DNA of 64,000 bases from Octopus sinensis (lineage: Eukaryota). The notes beneath the pieces are model-generated. The model was not told the DNA's origin, did no database searches, and saw only the letters and a list, made by a program, of their open reading frames with translations. The stretch lies in contig NC_042999.1 of the NCBI RefSeq assembly GCF_006345805.1, forward strand, positions 62,062,001 through 62,126,000, in the 5' to 3' direction. The position numbers and the translations under genes were made by a program. This document shows positions 61,560 to 64,000 of the stretch, in pieces; the first letter of the stretch is position 1, and each line of letters starts with the position of its first letter.

Positions 61560-61916
61560 ATGGCAGTCCTAGTTTAGGACGAATGTTGCTGTAATTTAGC
61601 CCCAGAAGACATCGTCTCCAGCTGGCTATACGACACGATCTGTGTCCTTATATTTTCGAACAAGGGAATCTAGCACCACCCCCGCCACTCAGCTCAAAAC
61701 AATATCTGTGTATTGCGATTTCCGGGTTATTTCCCTTCATTAGCACAGAATAGTTGCTCGGCTAGAAGTGGCGCTGCCAAATTCGCGATACACAGATATT
61801 GTTTTGAGCTGAGCGGGGTGGTGGTGCTAGATTCCCTTGTTCGAAAATATAAGGACACAGACGATGTCTCCTGGAGCTAAATTACAGCAACATTCATCCT
61901 AAACCAGGACTGCCAT
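61560..61916. mobile_element. Palindromic MITE with ~130-158-bp arms, plus a 341-bp tandem partial duplicate from 61136
   Basis: Arm 61560-61717 is the reverse complement of 61784-61916, apart from a ~24-nt indel. The block starting ttagaaaattac recurs at 61136 and 61477. Confidence 0.85.
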
Positions 61917-62240
61917 CACGACATCAAATTTTGTCTATTTTCAAGAGACACAGCTACTAATAACTTTTGAAGTGTTCTTTGAACAGTCAGATGTCAGTTT
62001 ACTCTTTTTAGTCCTTTACTCTTTAACTTGTATCAGTCATTTGACTGTGGCCATGCTGGAGCACCGCATTTACTCGAGCAAATCGACCCCAGGACTTATT
62101 CTTTGTCAGCCTAGTACTTATTCTATCGGTCTCTTTTGCCGAATCGCTAAGTTACGGGGACGTAAACACACCAGCATCGGTTGTGAAATGACGTTGGGAG
62201 GACAAACATATACTCACACATACATATATATACATATATA

Positions 62241-62746
62241 CGACGGGCTTCTTTCAGTTTCCGTCTACCAAATCCACTCACAAGGCTTTGATCGGCCCGT
62301 GGCTATAGTAAAAGACACTTGCCCAAGGTGCCACGCAGTAGGAATGAACCTGGAACCATGTGGTTGGTAAACAAGCTACTTACCACACAGCCACTCCTAC
62401 GCCTATATATATATACACGACGGGCTTCTTTCAGTTTCCGTCTACTAAATCCACTCACAAGGCTTTGATCGGCCCGAGGCTATAGTAAAAGACACTTGCC
62501 CAAGGTGCCACGCAGTAGGAATGAACCTGGAACCATGTGGTTGGTAAACAAGCTACTTACCACACAGCCACTCCTACGCCTATATATATATACACGACGG
62601 GCTTCTTTCAGTTTCCGCCTACTAAATCCACTCACAATGCTCTGATCGGCCCGAGGCTATAGTAAAAGACACTTGCCCAAGGTGCCACGCAGTAGGAATG
62701 AACCTGGAACCATGTGGTTGGTAAGCAAGCTACTTACCACACAGTC
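62241..62746 (-). repeat. Tandem triplication of the SINE-A head, 177-bp period
   Basis: cgacgggcttctttcagtttccg recurs at 62241, 62418 and 62595, with shared private variants. Confidence 0.92.
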
Positions 62747-63081
62747 AAAGAAACAATGTAGTCATCAATAAAAAGAGCTGAAATTAATGCATGCAAAGTT
62801 TCCCAACACTAGCATCACTCCTTCATTTCCAGTCGACCCACCCTCGTAAGCTATATCTTTCTGGAAATGATCGTCTGTCCCCTTTTTCATTGACTGTCCC
62901 CTGATCGCACAATCCCTTCATACCGATTGATTTCGTCTTAATGGCTTGTTAATTATTTTTTCAGTTACCCGCTTCTAATGTCGAAGTTTCACTCCGACAG
63001 CTTCTCATTGACTCCTCTTTCAGGCGGCTCAATTTAAGTTCAAGAGATCTCTTTTCGATACTTTCAAGAATTTTCCTTCTA

Positions 63082-63636
63082 CAGGGTCAGGCAAAATGAT
63101 CTGACACATTTGTAGGTTAAATAAAAGGCATTGGTTTTCGTTTCTTTTTCAGTTGCTGCCATGAATTGGACTGGTGAGCATCGCGCTTTCATTGTGGAAA
63201 CGTTTATCAAAACAAACGATTCTGTAACTGCAACACAAAGAGCGTTCCGTTTGCGCTTCAATCTTGGTAGACATGATCCCGTACCAGCTCGAAACACGAT
63301 CTTGTTATGGGTTACCAACTTCAGAGCTACTGGATCTGCATTGAAACGAAAATCAACCGGCCGACCTCACACCGCCAGAACTTAAAGATGCAATTCGTCA
63401 AGAAATTACTGCCATTCCACATAAAATGACCCGCCGAGTTATTGACAACTTTCGTGAACGCCTTCGACAGTGTGTGGACAATAATGGATCCCATTTGACT
63501 GATTTAATTTTTAAAACATAATGAAACAAAATGGCATTATATGTACTTTTCAAAAATAAAAACACTTTTTTGTTTCTTTACTTCATTTGCCTTTTATTTA
63601 GCCTACAAATGTGTCAGATCATTTTGCCTGACCCTG
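63082..63636 (+). mobile_element. Young DD41D-like MITE / deletion derivative
   Basis: ~50-bp TIRs (CAGGGTCAGGCAAAATGATCTGACAC...) with 1 mismatch, TA target duplication. HTH N-terminus MNWTGEHRAF...TGRP joined to a transposase C-terminus. Confidence 0.92.
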
Positions 63637-63651
63637 TATTTCTTTTTACTT

Positions 63652-63654
<3 letters not shown>

Positions 63655-63683
<29 letters not shown>

Positions 63684-63719
63684 TGTATGTATGTATGTAT
63701 GTATGTATGTATGTATGTA

Positions 63720-63754
<35 letters not shown>

Positions 63755-63890
63755 ATGTATGTATGTATGTATGTATGTATGTATGTATGAGTTCTAGGTA
63801 AAATCTACCACGGAAAATTCTACCAGGTAAATTTCACCATAGGTAAATTCCATCACGGTATATTCCACCATGGTAAATTCCATCCATGGA
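63655..63890 (+). repeat. (TATG)n/(TG)n microsatellite followed by a degenerate ~15-bp minisatellite (GGTAAATTCCACCAC)
   Basis: Visible periodicity. Other long (TA)n/(CA)n arrays at ~6280-6360, 6830-6885, 40655-40735, 46302-46375, 50375-50447, 54383-54436, 55630-55685 and 57761-57857; tetranucleotide arrays at 60913-61080. Confidence 0.9.
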
Positions 63891-64000
63891 CAGACTTCCA
63901 ATCTAAGCTATTCCCGCTAATAATCACTATAGTCAGTTTCTCTAGACCGTGGGTCAATGCCTATGTTATTTAATCTGTCTGTCTCTCAAGTCTTAAGAAG

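Overview
AT-rich, repeat-dense animal genomic DNA. The SINE, RTE and mariner landscape and the microsatellites look like Octopus, but that is an inference I could not check by search. One protein-coding gene is supported: MLH3 (MutL-gamma subunit) on the minus strand. I reconstructed it by hand as 12 GT-AG coding exons from ATG at 26483 to TGA at 417, giving 6087 nt and about 2028 aa. It includes a 4934-nt giant exon with a 63-bp/21-aa tandem repeat, a 24-nt micro-exon, and a last exon encoding Q11. Candidate promoter and 5'UTR sequence lies at about 27945-28060 and 29730-30130. From about 30 kb to 64 kb there is no recognisable host gene. That half holds RTE and L1/Tx1 LINE fragments, nested mariner and DD41D-like Tc1/mariner relics, MITEs, Helitron-like ends, several tRNA-derived SINE families, TTAGGG-like tracts and microsatellites. 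The most notable unexplained structures are: short elements carrying minimal type-I hammerhead-ribozyme folds (one caged in a ~53-bp fold-back inside an MLH3 intron, in sense orientation); a 68-nt hairpin unit with compensatory changes between two loci; a palindrome punctuated by directional ACTCG motifs; a spacer-less 98-bp palindrome; and recurrent SINE dimers that share one junction. Repeat boundaries are approximate and all alignments were done by eye.
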